A DNA stretch of 64,000 nt from Dipteris shenzhenensis (lineage: Eukaryota): NCBI GenBank assembly GCA_047967505.1, contig CM106538.1, one strand, 5' to 3'. Within the stretch, counting starts at the first letter, position 1. The number at the start of each line of letters is the position of its first letter. The notes beneath the pieces were generated by a model. The model ran no database searches. It saw nothing but the letters and a program-made list of their open reading frames with translations, and was not told the DNA's origin. A program made the translations under genes and the position numbers. Of the stretch, positions 62,698 to 64,000 are shown one piece after another.

Positions 62698-64000
62698 TGT
62701 AAGAGCGGTAGTTAGGTTTGGGTCCTAGGTGGACCATGCTGTGACATTATCTCATCTGTGGTAATTACAAGTTTCCAAGGGGCTGCTCCACCCCGTACTT
62801 CAGCTCACACAGCCCTGTTGTGGGCTATTGTGTAGGCCATCCTCTGGTGGTTCTAGTGATGCCCTATAGGCCATGGTATGTGCCTTGTAGGCATAAATAA
62901 AGACACTTATAGTGTTCCTATGTGACACCTAGGACACTTAGTCCTAAGTGTAGGTACTTGTACCTTGTATTCTTTAGTGTTGGATAATCCAAGTTTGATG
63001 TGACGGGTGTTCTTTTGCGACCCTTTGCTACTTGCACTCTCTCCTTTCTATCCGATCCTACATTGGTATCAGAGCGAGATTTGCTTCCTGTGCCTCTTTT
63101 TTTTTTCGTACTGTCCGTACAACTGTACGGACTTTTGTATAGATACGTACGGATCACCGTACGTTTCCTCTGTTTGCTGTCCAAGGCTTCTTGAGCTCTT
63201 TCGTCGCCACCAAGCGTCTCTTTGCTGTTCCCAGACTGAGGCGACTCCTCGTAGGCTCCAGCTGCAGCATTTTTGAGGTTCTATACAGTACTGTGGCCAT
63301 CAGTTGTCACTTTTGTACTTCCCTTCAGTAGACGCCTAGTTCAAGCGACGCTTCAGTGGATCCAGGCGCCTAGCTTCCGTGAACCTTCAGTGACCTCTTC
63401 ACAGTCGTCTGCAGGAGTCGTTTTGCTATCGCTACCTGTTCAGATCCCCACACAAGACACCTGCAGTTACGCACTTATTTCGAGGTGCCTAAGGGCAGTT
63501 CCAGTTACGCTCCAGTCGTTTTTGCACTTCAATCTGCTGCATCAGCTTTGTGGCCCGTTATACTCTATCTACTGAGGTCTTTTCAGTCTCAGCTTTATGC
63601 TTAGGGGACCATAAGCTAATACACAATCAATATTTGCAGTCTTTCACCTAAATTTCAGCTGGTGTTTGGGACAGTAAATCATACTTTTTCAGTTAAAGCC
63701 TTGAGGCTATACATTGGGTCAGATTATCAGACATTGAGTCACTTTTGCAGGACATTGAGTTAGATTATCCTTCATTGGGTCACATTTGCAAAAATTTCAG
63801 CAAAATTTGCGGCTTTTCTGCATTTGCTCTCTTTTTGGCCTATTTGCCTTCATTAAATTTGGGGCTTTTGCCAGATTTGCTGTTTTTGCAGTGAACATTG
63901 CCTGTCACAGTCACATTTGGGTTAGATCAGCATTTGCCCTTTGATTTGGGTCAGAAATTTGCAGATATTTGCTGTCTTTTTGGACAGTCAGCTTTTTGCA
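62698..64000 (+). mobile_element. 5' LTR plus PBS and leader of another LTR retrotransposon, running off the window
   Basis: tgtaag...cctaca (62698-63062) followed by the perfect PBS tggtatcagagc at 63064-63075. Confidence 0.8.

Overview
Repeat-rich eukaryotic land-plant genomic DNA. Intron size and TE mix suggest a fern-like large genome, which is inference only. One host gene is present: replication factor C subunit 1 (RFC1) on the + strand. I traced 14 phase-consistent coding exons from 33064 to 60577, and the gene runs off the 3' end. It has a GC-AG first intron after an ATG-only coding exon, an E2F-type site upstream, and introns of 4.5, 6.6 and 13.3 kb filled with TEs and duplications. 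The rest is TE. There are two complete, recently inserted but disabled Ty1/copia elements (21637-27099 +; 52302-58152 -), both with LTRs, PBS, PPT and 5-bp TSD. A gag-only LTR element is nested in a DDE transposase. Also present are Ty3/gypsy and LINE remnants, a Tourist-like MITE and a ~172-bp satellite. The most notable observation is that the intronic copia element carries, antisense in its 5' leader, a captured and internally deleted fragment of a host papain-family cysteine protease gene (signal peptide plus I29 prodomain). No prokaryotic systems, CRISPR arrays, rRNA or tRNA genes were seen.
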